Positions 1 to 13,024 of a stretch of 64,000 bases of DNA are shown in pieces (position 1 is the stretch's first letter; each line of letters starts with the position of its first letter). The position numbers and the translations under genes are program-made. The notes under the pieces were generated by a model, which was not told the DNA's origin, made no database searches, and saw only the letters and a program-made list of their open reading frames with translations. The stretch is from NCBI RefSeq assembly GCF_009914755.1, contig NC_060948.1; one strand, written 5' to 3'. Source of the stretch: the human T2T-CHM13v2.0 reference genome, Homo sapiens.

Positions 1-2363
1 GGAATCGAATGGAAAGGACTCGAATGGAAATCACTCGAATAGAATGCAATTTAATAAAATAGGATCAAATGTAACAGAATGGAAAGGAAAGGAATCGAAA
101 CGGAAGGAATGGAGACAGTTGGAATGGAATGGAACAGAGAGCAATGGTATAGAATGGAATGGAATCATCTGGAATGGAATTGAATGGAATGGAATGATAT
201 GAAATGGAATGGAATGGAATGGAATGGAATGCCCTTGAATTAAATGGACTGGACTCGAACAGAGTGGAATGGAAAGTGTTGAGATAGAATGGAATGGACT
301 CCTTTGGAATGGTGTAGTATGCAATGCAATCGACTGGCAGGGAATCAAAAGGAATGTAATCGAATGGATTGGACTGGAATGCAATGGACTCGAATAGATT
401 GGAAACGGAATGCAAAGGAATGGAATGGAATAGTATGGAATGCAATGGAAGGGAATGGAGTGGAATAGACTAGAGTGGAATGGAATGGACTGGAAAGCAA
501 TGGACTGGAATGGAACTTTCTTGGATGGACTGGAATCAAACGGAATGGAATGCAATGCAATCAAATGGCATGGAATAAAATAGAATGAAAGAGAATCAAA
601 TGGAATTGAATCGAATGGAATCGAATGGATTGGAAAGGAATAGAATGGAATGGAATGGAATTGACTCAAATGGAATGGACTAGAATGGAATGGATTCGAA
701 TGGAAGGCAAAGGAATGGAATCTATTGGAATGGACTGTAATGGAATGGAATGGAAGGGATTGGAATGGACTCGAATGGAATGGACTGCAATAGAAAGGAT
801 TCGAATGGAATGAAAAAGAATTGAATGGAATAGAACAGAATGGAATCAAATCGAATGAAATGGAATGGAATAGAAAGGAATGGAATGAAATGGAATGGAA
901 AGGATTCGAATGGAATGCAATCGAATGGAATGGAATCGAACGGAATGGAATAAAATGGAAGAACACTGGCAAGAAATGGAATCGAAAGGAATGGAGTGTT
1001 ATGGAACGGACTCAAAAGGAATTGAATGTAATAGAATGGAGTGGAGTGGACTCGAATATAATGGACTGGAATGGAATGAAATCACATAGAATGGGAACGA
1101 ATGGAATGGAATGGAAAGGAATGGAATCGAATGGAAAGGAATCGAATGGAAGGGAATGAAATTGAATCAACAGGAATGGAAGGGAATAGAATAGACTGTA
1201 ATGGAATGGACTCGAATAGAATGGACACGAATGCTCAAATTAAATGGACTCGAATGGAATGGAAACGAAAGGAATGTCATCGAATGGAATTGAATCGATT
1301 GGAATGAAATCGCATAGAATGGAGTGGAATCAAATGGAATTGAATCGAAAGGAAAGGAAGCGAATGGACTGAAATGAAATGGAATGGAATTGAATGGAAA
1401 TTAATGCGATGGAATAGAATGGAACGAAATTTCACGGAATGGAATCAAACTGAATGGAATCAAATCAATGGAATCAAATCAAATGGAATGGAAAGGAATT
1501 GAATGGAGTAGATGGGATTGGATGTGATTGGAATGAAATGTACTGGAAAGGACTCGAATTTCATGAAACGGAATGGAATGAATTGGAACGGAATGGACTC
1601 GAATGGAATGGAATGTCATGGAATGGCATCAAATGGAATGGAATCGAAAGCAATGGAATGCTATGGAATGGAATGGAATGCATTGGAATGGAATGTCCTC
1701 TAATGGAATGGATTCGAGTGGAATGGAATTGAATATAATGGAGTCGAATGAAATGGAATTGAAAGGAATGGGATCGAATACAATGGAATATACTGGAATG
1801 TAACGTAATGAACTCGAATGTAATTGACTGGAATGGAATGTACATGAATGGAATGTAATCGAATGGAAAGTAATCCAATGGAATAGAATCTAATGCAATA
1901 AAATCGACTCAGATAGAGTAGAATGTAAAGGAATGGAGTGCAGTGCAATGGAATGGAATGGAATGGAATGCAATGGAATGGAATGGAATGGAATGGAATG
2001 TGATGGAATGGTATGGAATGGATAGTAGTGGACTGGAGTGAAATGGGCTGGAAAGGAATGGACTCAAATTGAAAGGGCTCGAAAGGAATGGAGACAAATG
2101 GAATGGTCTGGAATGGAATGAACACGAATGTAATGCAATCCAATAGAATGGAGTCGAATGGCATGGAATATAAAGAAATGGAATCGAAGAGAATGGAAAC
2201 AAATGGAATGGAATTGAATGGAATGGAATTGAATGGAATGGGAACGAATGGAGTGAAATTGTATGCAGTAGAAGAGAATAGAATGGAATGCAAGGAAAGG
2301 AAAGGAATGGATTGGAATGGAATGGAATTCATTGGAATGGAAGGGAATGTAGTGTAATGGACA
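1..2363 (+). repeat. Partial DYZ1 unit (window start to first HaeIII landmark)
   Basis: Same landmark order as later units; EcoRI at 2325, GGCC at 2364. Confidence 0.9.
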
Positions 2364-2738
2364 GGCCTGGAATAAAGTGGAATGCTACGGTCTCGAATGG
2401 AATAAAAATGTATGGAATGGAATGCAATGAAACGGAATCGAATGTCATAGAATGTAACGGAATGCAAAAAAATGGAATCCAAAATCATTGACTGGAAAGG
2501 CTGGGTGTCGAAAGGAATTGACTCCAATGGAATGGAATCGAATGGAATGGAAGTGAATAGAATCGAACTAAATCGAATGGAATGGAATTGATAGGAACGG
2601 AATGGAAAGGAATGCAATGATTTGGCATGGAATGGAATCGAATGGCATCGAATGGAATGGAATGGAATGCAATGGAATGGAATGTATTAGAATATAATGA
2701 ACTTTAATGGAATGTACTCGAATGGATTCGACTGGAAT

Positions 2739-2753
2739 GGAATGTTCTGGAAG
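2739..2753. promoter_or_regulatory. Heat shock element-like motif A (nGAAnnTTCnnGAAn), representative copy; recurs once per unit
   Basis: gGAAt-gTTCt-gGAAg; motif match only, binding not shown. Confidence 0.5.
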
Positions 2754-3018
2754 TGAATGGACTCCAATGGAATGGATTCAAAAGGAATGGAATCGTACGG
2801 AATGGAATCTAATGGAATGGAATTAAATGGAAATGAATCAAATTGAATAGCACGGAATTGAATTGAATGGAATGGAATGCAATGGAATCTAATGAAACGG
2901 AAAGGAAAGGAATGGAATGGAATGGAATGGGCTGGAATGGAAAGGAATCGAAACGAATGGAATGGAATCGAACTGAAGAGACTGGAATGGAATGCACTGG
3001 AATGGAAGGGAGTGTAAT

Positions 3019-3033
3019 GGAAGGTTCTCGAAA
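3019..3033. promoter_or_regulatory. Heat shock element-like motif B, representative copy; recurs once per unit
   Basis: gGAAg-gTTCt-cGAAa; motif match only. Confidence 0.5.
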
Positions 3034-5751
3034 AAAATGGAATCGAATGGAATGGAATTGAATGGAACGGAATAGAGTCGAATGGAATTGAATGGAATGG
3101 AATGGACTAGAGTGAAATGGAATCGAACCACAAGGAATGGACAGGAAAAGAATGGTCTCGAATTGAATGGAATCGTATGGAATGGCATCAAACGGAATGG
3201 AATGGACAGCCACGGAATGGAATGCACTCGAATGCAATGGAGTCGAAACTAATGGACTGGAATAGAATGGACTCGACTGGTACGGACTCCAATGGAATGG
3301 AATCGAATGGAAGGGAATCGAACGGAATGGACTCGAAGGGAAAAGACTGCAATGGAAAGGTCTCGAATGGAATGGAAATTAATGGAATGGAATGGAATCG
3401 AATGAAATGGAGTCAAAAGGAATGGAATCGAATGGCAAGAAATCGAATGTAATGGAATCGCAAGGAATTGATGTGAACGGAACGGAATGGAATGGAATCC
3501 AAAGGAATGGAATAGAATGGAATGGAATCGAATGGAAAGGACTCGAATGGAAATCACTCGAATAGAATGCAATTTAATAAAATAGGATCAAATGTAATGG
3601 AATGGAATGGAAAGGAATCGAAACGAAAGGAATGGAGACAGATGGAATGGAATGGAACAGAGAGCAATGGTATAGAATGGAATGGAATCATCTGGAATGG
3701 AATTGAATGGAATGGAATAATATGAAATGGAATGGAATGGAATGGAATGGAATGCCCTTGAATTAAATGGACTGGACTCGAGCAGAGTGGAATGGAAAGT
3801 GTTGAGATAGAATGGAATGGACTCCTTTGGAATGGTGTAGTATGCAATGCAATCGACTGGCAGGGAATCAAAAGGAATGTAATCGAATGGATTGGACTGG
3901 AATGCAATGGACTCGAATAGATTGGAAACGGAATGCAAAGGAATGGAATGGAATAGTATGGAATGGAATGGAAAGGAATGGAGTGGAATAGACTAGAGTG
4001 GAATGGAATGGACTGGAAAGCAATGGACTGGAATGGAACATTCTTGAATGGACTGGAATCAAACGGAATGGAATGCAATGCAATCAAATGGCATGGAATA
4101 AAATAGAATGAAAGAGAATCAAATGGAATTGAATCGAATGGAATCGAATGGATTGGAAAGGAATAGAATGGAATGGAATGGAATTGACTCAAATGGAATG
4201 GACTAGAATGGAATGGATTCGAATGGAAGGCAAAGGAATGGAATCTATTGGAATGGACTGTAATGGAATGGAATGGAAACGATTGGAATGGACTCGAATG
4301 GAATGGACTGCAATAGAAAGGATTCGAATGGAATGAAAAAGAATTGAATGGAATAGAACAGAATGGAATCAAATCGAATGAAATGGAATGGAATAGAAAG
4401 GAATGGAATGAAATGGAATGGAAAGGATTCGAATGGAATGTAATCGAATGGAATGGAATCGAACGGAATGGAATAAAATGGAAGAAAACTGGCAAGAAAT
4501 GGAATCGAAATGAATGGAGTGTTATGGAACGGACTCAAAAGGAATTGAATGTAATAGAATGGAGTGGAGTGGACTCGAATATAATGGACTGGAATGGAAT
4601 GAAATCACATGGAATGGGAACGAATGGAATGGAATGGAAAGGAATGGAATCGAATGGAAAGGAATCGAATGGAAGGGAATGAAACTGAATCAACAGGAAT
4701 GGAAGGGAATAGAATAGACGGTAATGGAATGGACTCGAATAGAATGGACACGAATGCTCAAATTGAATGGACTCGAATGGAATGGAAAGGAAAGGAATGT
4801 CATCGAATGGAATTGAATCGATTGGAATGAAATCGCATAGAATGGAGTGGAATCAAATGGAATTGAATCGAAAGGAAAGGAAGCGAATGGACTGAAATGA
4901 AATGGAATGGAATTGAATGGAAAGTAATGCAATGGAATAGACTGGAACGAAATTTCACGGAATGGAATCAAACTGAATGGAATCAAATCAATGGAATCAA
5001 ATCAAATGGAATGGAAAGGAATTGAATGGAGTAGATGGGATTGGATGGGATTGGAATGAAATGTACTGGAAAGGACTCGAATTTCATGAAACGGAATGGA
5101 ATGAATTGGAACGGAATGGACTCGAATGGAATGGAATGTCATGGAATGGCATCAAATGGAATGGCATCAAATGGAATGGAATCGAATGCAATGGAATGCT
5201 ATGGAATGGAATGGAATGCATTGGAATGGAATGTCCTCTAATGGAATGGATTCGAGTGGAATGGAATCGAATATAATGGAGTCGAATGAAATGGAATTGA
5301 AAGGAATGGGATCGAATACAATGGAATATACTGGAATGTAACGTAATGAACTCGAATGTAATTGACTGGAATGGAATGTACATGAATGGAATGTAATCGA
5401 ATGGAAAGTAATCCAATGGAATAGAATCTAATGCAATAAAATCGACTCAGATAGAGTAGAATGTAATGGAATGGAGTGCAGTGCAATGGAATGGAATGGA
5501 ATGGAATGCAATGGAATGGAATGGGATGGAATGGTATGGAATGGATAGTAATGGACTGGAGTGAAATGGACTGGAAAGGAATGGACTCAAATTGAAAGGG
5601 CTCGAAAGGAATGGAGACAAATGGAATGGTCTGGAATGGAATGAACACGAATGTAATGCAACCCAATAGAATGGAATCGAATGGCATGGAATATAAAGAA
5701 ATGGAATCGAAGAGAATGGAAACAAATGGAATGGAATTGAATGGAATGGAA

Positions 5752-5905
5752 TTGAATGGAATGGGAACGAATGGAGTGAAATTGTATGCAGTAGAAGAGA
5801 ATAGAATGGAATGCAAGCGAAAGGAAAGGAATGGATTGGAATGGAATGGAATTCATTGGAATGGAAGGGAATGTAGTGTAATGGACAGGCCTGGAATAAA
5901 GTGGA
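5752..5905 (+). other. Segment matching the classic DYZ1 sexing-PCR target (representative copy, 154 bp, internal EcoRI site)
   Basis: Begins ttgaatggaatgggaacgaatgg and ends ggacaggcctggaataaagtgga. These match the Y1.1/Y1.2 DYZ1 primer sequences as I recall them (not verified). Confidence 0.7.
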
Positions 5906-8900
5906 ATGCTACGGTCTCGAATGGAATAAAAATGTATGGAATGGAATGCAATGAAACGGAATCGAATGTCATAGAATGTAATGGAATGCAAAAAAATGGA
6001 ATCCAAAATCATTGACTGGAAAGGCTGGGTGTCGAAAGGAATTGACTCCAATGGAATGGAATCGAATGGAATGGAAGTGAATAGAATCGAACTAAATCGA
6101 ATGGAATGGAATTGATAGGAACGGAATGGAAAGGAATGCAATCATTTGGCATGGAATGGAATCGAATGGCATCGAATGGAATGGAATGGAATGCAATGGA
6201 ATGGAATGTATTAGAATGTAATGAACTTTAATGGAATGTACTCGAATGGATTCGACTGGAATGGAATGTTCTGGAAGTAAATGGACTCCAATGGAATGGA
6301 TTCAAAAGGAATGGAATAGTACGGAATGGAATCTAATGGAATGGAATTAAATGGAAATGAATCAAATTGAATAGCACGGAATTGAATTGAATGGAATGGA
6401 ATGCAATGGAATCTAATGAAACGGAAAGGAAAGAATGGAATGGAATGGAATGGGCTGGAATGGAAAGGAATCGAAACGAATGGAATGGAATCGAACTGAA
6501 GAGACTGGAATGGAATGCACTAGAATGGAAGGGAGTGTAATGGAAGGTTTTCGAAAAAAATGGAATCGAATGGAATGCAATTGAATGGAACGGAATAGAG
6601 TCGAATGCAATTGAATGGAATGGAATGGACTAGAGTGAAATGGAAACGAACCACAAGGAATGGACAGGAATAGAATGGTCTCGAATTGAATGGAATCGTA
6701 TGGAATGGCATCAAACGGAATGGAATGGACAGCCACGGAATGGAATGCACTCGAATGCAATGGAGTCGAAACTAATGGACTGGAATAGAATGGACTCGAC
6801 TGGTACGGACTCCAATGGAATGGAATCGAGTGGAAGGGAATCGAACGGAATGGACTCGAAGGGAAAAGACTGCAATGGAAAGGTCTCGAATGGAATGGAA
6901 ATTAATGGAATGGAATGGAATCGAATGAAATGGAGGCAAAAGGAATGGAATCGAATGGCAAGAAATCGAATGTAATGGAATCGCAAGGAATTGATGTGAA
7001 CGGAACGGAATGGAATGGAATCCAAAGGAATGGAATAGAATGGAATGGAATCGAATGCAAAGGACTCGAATGGAAATCACTCGAATAGAATGCAATTTAA
7101 TAAAATAGGATCAAATGTAATGGAATGGAATGGAAAGGAATCGAAACGAAAGGAATGGAGACAGATGGAATGGAATGGAACAGAGAGCAATGGTATAGAA
7201 TGGAATGGAATCATCTAGAATGTAATTGAATGGAATGGAATAATATGAAATGGAATGGAATGGAATGGAATGCCCTTGAATTAAATGGACTGGAATGGAA
7301 TGGACTCGAACAGAGTGGAATGGAAAGTGTTGAAATAGAATGGAATGGACTCCTCTGGAATGGTGTAGTATGCAATGCAATCGACTGGCAGGGAATCAAA
7401 AGGAATGTAATCGAATGGATTGGACTGGAATGCAATGGACTCGAATAGATTGGAAACGGAATGCAAAGGAATGGAATGGAATAGTATGGAATGGAATGGA
7501 AAGGAATGGAGTGGAATAGACTAGAGTGGAATGGAATGGACTCGAAAGCAATGGACTGGAATGGAACTTTCTTGAATGGACAGGAACCAAACGGAATGGA
7601 ATGCAATGCAATCAAATGGCATGGAATAAGATAGAATGAAAGAGAATCAAATGGAATTGAATCGAATGGAATCGAATGGATTGGAAAGGAATAGAATGGA
7701 ATGGAATGGAATTGACTCAAATGGAATGGACTAGAATGGAATGGATTCGAATGGAAGGCAAAGGAATGGAATCTATTGGAATGGACTGTAATGGAATGCA
7801 ATGGAAGGGATTGGAATGGACTCGAATGGAATGGACTGCAATAGAAAGGATTCGAATGGAATGAAAAAGAATTGAATGGAATAGAACAGAATGGAATCAA
7901 ATCGAATGAAATGGAATGGAATAGAAAGGAATGGAATGAAATGGAATGGAAAGGATTCGAATGGAATGCAATCGAATGGAATGGAATCGAACGGAATGGA
8001 ATAAAATGGAAGAAAACTGGCAAGAAATGGAATCGAAATGAATGGAGTGTTATGGAACGGACTCAAAAGGAATTGAATGTAATAGAATGGAGTGGAGTGG
8101 ACTCGAATATAATGGACTGGAATGGAATGAAATCACATGGAATGGGAACGAATGGAATGGAATGGAAAGGAATGGAATCGAATGGAAAGGAATCGAATGG
8201 AAGGGAATGAAATTGAATCAACAGGAATGGAAGGGAATAGAATAGACGGTAATGGAATGGACTCGAATAGAATGGACACGAATGCTCAAATTGAATGGAC
8301 TCGAATGGAATGGAAACGAAAGGAATGTCATCGAATGGAATTGAATCGATTGGAATGAAATCGCATAGAATGGAGTGGAATCAAATGGAATTGAATCGAA
8401 AGGAAAGGAAGCGAATGGACTGAAATGAAATGGAATGGAATTGAATGGAAAGTAATGCAATGGAATAGAATGGAACGAAATTTCACGGAATGGAATCAAA
8501 CTGAATGGAATCAAATCAATGGAATCAAATCAAATGGAATGGAAAGGAATTGAATGGAGTAGATTGGATTGGATGGGATTGGAATGAAATGTACTGGAAA
8601 GGACTCGAATTTCATGAAACGGAATGGAATGAATTGGAACGGAATGGACTCGAATGGAATGGAATGTCATGTAATGGCATCAAATGGAATGGCATCAAAT
8701 GGAATGGAATCGAATGCAATGGAATGCTATGGGATGGAATGGAATGCATTGGAATGGAATGTCCTCTAATGGAATGGATTCGAGTGGAATGGAATCGAAT
8801 ATAATGGAGTCGAAAGAAAAGGAATTGAAAGGAATGGGATCGAATACAATGGAATATACTGGAATGTAATGTAATGAACTCGAATGTAATTGACTGGAAT

Positions 8901-9450
8901 GGAATGTACATGAATGGAATGTAATCGAATGGAAAGTAATCCAATGGAATAGAATCTAATGCAATAAAATCGACTCAGATAGAGTAGAATGTAATGGAAT
9001 GGAGTGCAGTGCAATGGAATGGAATGGAATGGAATGCAATGGAATGGAATGGAATGGAATGGAATGGAATGGAATGGAATGGAATGGGATGGAATGGTAT
9101 GGAATGGATAGTAATGGACTGGAATGAAATGGACTGGAAAAGAATGGACTCAAATTGAAAGGGCTCGAAAGCAATGGAGTCAAATGGAGTGGTCTGGAAT
9201 GGAATGAACACGAATGTAATGCAATCCAATAGAATGGAATCGAATGGCATGGAATATAAAGAAATGGAATCCAAGAGAATGGAAACAAATGGAATGGAAT
9301 TGAATGGAATGGAATTGAATGGAATGGGAACGAATGGAGTGAAATTGTATGCAGTAGAAGAGAATAGAATGGAATGCAAGCGAAAGGAAAGGAATGGATT
9401 GCAATGGAATGGAATTCATTGAAATGGAAGGAAATGTAGTGTAATGGACA
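5888..9450 (+). repeat. DYZ1 unit, 3563 bp
   Basis: GGCC at 5888 and 9451; 1-bp deletion near 6433. Confidence 0.9.
7563..7577. promoter_or_regulatory. Heat shock element-like motif C, representative copy; recurs once per full unit
   Basis: gGAAc-tTTCt-tGAAt; motif match only. Confidence 0.5.
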
Positions 9451-12400
9451 GGCCTGGAATAAAGTGGAATGCTACGGTCTCGAATGGAATAAAAATGTAT
9501 GGAATGGAATGCAATGAAACGGAATCGAATGTCATAGAATGTAATGGAATGCAAAAAAATGGAATCCAAAATCATTGACTGGAAAGGCTGGGTGTCGAAA
9601 GGAATTGACTCCAATGGAATGGAATCGAATGGAATGGAATCGAATGGAATGGAAGTGAATAGAATCGAACTAAATCGAATGGAATGGAATTGATAGGAAC
9701 GGAATGGAAAGGAATGCAATGATTTGGCATGGAATGGAATCGAATGGCATCGAATGGAATGGAATGGAATGCAATGGAATGGAATGTATTACAATGTAAT
9801 GAACATTAATGGAATGTACTCGAATGGATTCGACTGGAATGGAATGTTCTGGAAGTGAATGGACTCCAATGGAATGGATTCGAAAGGAATGGAATCGAAC
9901 GGAATGGAATCTAATGGAATGGAATTAAATGGAAATGAATCGAATTGAATAGCACGGAATTGAATTGAATGGAATGGAATGCAATGGAATCTAATGAAAC
10001 GGAAAGGAAAGGAATGGAATGGAATGGAATGGGCTGGAATGGAAAGGAATCGAAACGAATGGAATGGAATCGAACTGAAGAGACTGGAATGGAATGCACT
10101 GGAATGGAAGGGAGTGTAATGGAAGGTTCTCGAAAATAATGGAAGCAAATGGAATGGAATTGAATGGAACGGAATAGAGTCGAATGGAATTGAATGGAAT
10201 GGAATGGACTAGAGTGAAATGGAATCGAACCACAAGGAATGGACAGGAATAGAATGGTCTCGAATTGAATGGAATCGTATGGAATGGCATCAAACGGAAT
10301 GGAATGGACAGCCACGGAATGGAATGCACTCGAATGCAATGGAGTCGAAACTTATGGACTGGAATAGAATGGACTCGACTGGTACGGACTCCAATGGAAT
10401 GGAATCGAATGGAAGGGATTCGAACGGAATGGACTCGAAGGGAAAAGACTGCAATGGAAAGGTCTCGAATGGAATGGAAATTAATGGAATGGAATGGAAT
10501 CGAATGAAATGGAGTCAAAAGGAATGGAATCGAATGGCAAGAAATCGAATGTAATGGAATCGCAAGGAATTGATGTGAACGGAACGGAATGGAATGGAAT
10601 CCAAAGGAATGGAATAGAATGGAATGGAATCGAATGGAAAGGACTCGAATGGAAATCACTCGAATAGAATGCAATTTAATAAAATAGGATCAAATGTAAT
10701 TGAATGGAATGGAAAGGAATCGAAACGAAAGGAATGGAGACAGATGGAATGGAATGGAACAGAGAGCAATGGTATAGAATGGAATGGAATCATCTGGAAT
10801 GGAATTGAATGGAATGGAATAATATGAAATGGAATGGAATGGAATGGAATGGAATGCCCTTGAATTAAATGGACTGGAATGGAATGGACTCGAACAGAGT
10901 GGAATGGAAAGTGTTGAGATAGAATGGAATGGACTCTTTTTGAATGGTCTAGTATGCAATGCAATCGACTGGCAGGGAATCAAAAGGAATGTAATCGAAT
11001 GGATTAGAATGGAATGCAATGGACTCGAATAGATTGGAAACGGAATGCAAAGGAATGGAATGGAATAGTATGGAATGGAATGGAAAGGAATGGAGTGGAA
11101 TAGACTAGAGTGGAATGGAATGGACTGGAAAGCAATGGACTGGAATGGAACTTTCTTGAATGGACTGGAATCAAACGGAATGGAATGCAATGCAATCAAA
11201 TGGCATGGAATAAAATAGAATGAAAGAGAATCAAATGGAATTGAATCGAATGGAATCGAATGGATTGGAAAGGAATAGAATGGAATGGAATGGAATTGAC
11301 TCAAATGGAATGGACTAGAATGGAATGGATTCGAATGGAAGGCAAAGGAATGGAATCTATTGGAATGGACTGTAATGGAATGGAATGGAAGGGATTGGAA
11401 TGGACTCGAATGGAATGGACTGCAATAGAAAGGATTCGAATGGAATGAAAAAGAATTGAATGGAATAGAACAGAATGGAATCAAATCGAATGAAATGGAA
11501 TGGAATAGAAAGGAATGGAATGAAATGGAATGGAAAGGATTCGAATGGAATGCAATCGAATGGAATGGAATCGAACGGAATGGAATAAAATGGAAGAAAA
11601 CTGGCAAGAAATGGAATCGAAATGAATGGAGTGTTATGGAACGGAGTCAAAAGGAATTGAATGTAATAGAATGGAGTGGAGTGGACTCGAATATAATGGA
11701 CTGGAATGGAATGAAATCACATGGAATGGGAACGAATGGAATGGAATGGAAAGGAATGGAATCGAATGGAAAGGAATCGAATGGAAGGGAATGAAATTGA
11801 ATCAACAGGAATGGAAGGGAATAGAATAGACGGTAATGGAATGGACTCGAATAGAATGGACACGAATGCTCAAATTGAATGGACTCGAATGGAATGGAAA
11901 CGAAAGGAATGTCATCGAATGGAATTGAATCGATTGGAATGAAATCGCATAGAATGGAGTGGAATCAAATGGAATTGAATCGAAAGGAAAGGAAGCGAAT
12001 GGACTGAAATGAAATGGAATGGAATTGAATGGAAAGTAATGCAATGGAATAGAATGGAACGAAATTTCACGGAATGGAATCAAACTGAATGGAATCAAAT
12101 CAATGGAATCAAATCAAATGGAATGGAAAGGAATTGAATGGAGTAGATGGGATTGGATGGGATTGGAATGAAATGTACTGGAAAGGACTCGAATTTCATG
12201 AAACGGAATGGAATGAATTGGAACGGAATGGACTCGAATGGAATGGAATGTCATGGGATGGCATCAAATGGAATGGCATCAAATGGAATGGAATCGAATG
12301 CAATGGAATGCTATGGAATGGAATGGAATGCATTGGAATGGAATGTCCTCTAATGGAATGGATTCGAGTGGAATGGAATTGAATATAATGGAGTCGAATG

Positions 12401-13024
12401 AAATGGAATTGAAAGGAATGGGATCGAATACAATGGAATATACTGGAATGTAACGTAATGAACTCGAATGTAATTGACTGGAATGGAATGTACATGAATG
12501 GAATGTAATCGAATGGAAAGTAATCCAATGGAATAGAATCTAATGCAATAAAATCGACTCAGATAGAGTAGAATGTAATGGAATGGATTGCAGTGCAATG
12601 CAATGGAATGGAATGGAATGCAATGGAATGGAATGGAATGGAATGGAATGGAATGGAATGGGATGGAATGGTATGGAATGGATAGTAATGGACTGGAGTG
12701 AAATGGACTGGAAAGGAATGGACTCAAATTGAAAGGGCTCGAAAGGAATGGAGTCAAATGGAATGGTCTGGAATGGAATGAACACGAATGTAATGCAATC
12801 CAATAGAATGGAATCGAATGGCATGGATTATAAAGAAATGGAATCGAAGAGAATGGAAACAAATGGAATGGAATTGAATGGAATGGAATTGAATGGAATG
12901 GGAACGAATGGAGTGAAATTGTATGCAGTAGAAGAGAATAGAATGGAATGCAAGCGAAAGGAAAGGAATGGATTGGAATGGAATGGAATTCATTGGAATG
13001 GAAGGGAATGTAGTGTAATGGACA
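9451..13024 (+). repeat. DYZ1 unit, 3574 bp
   Basis: GGCC at 9451; next landmark at 13025 is mutated to GGTC. Confidence 0.9.

Larger units (their letters stand above)
2364..5887 (+). repeat. DYZ1 unit, 3524 bp
   Basis: GGCC at 2364 and 5888. Confidence 0.9.

Noticed and set aside
46-65. AT-rich island gcaatttaataaaatagg and other AATAAA hexamers as polyadenylation or TATA signals
   Set aside because: AATAAA arises easily from GGAAT variants, and there is no GU-rich downstream element or transcript evidence. Testing it would need 3'-end RNA data.
5035-5053. G-quadruplex candidate at atgggattggatgggattgg
   Set aside because: Only two GGG runs are present, so it does not meet a canonical four-tract pattern.
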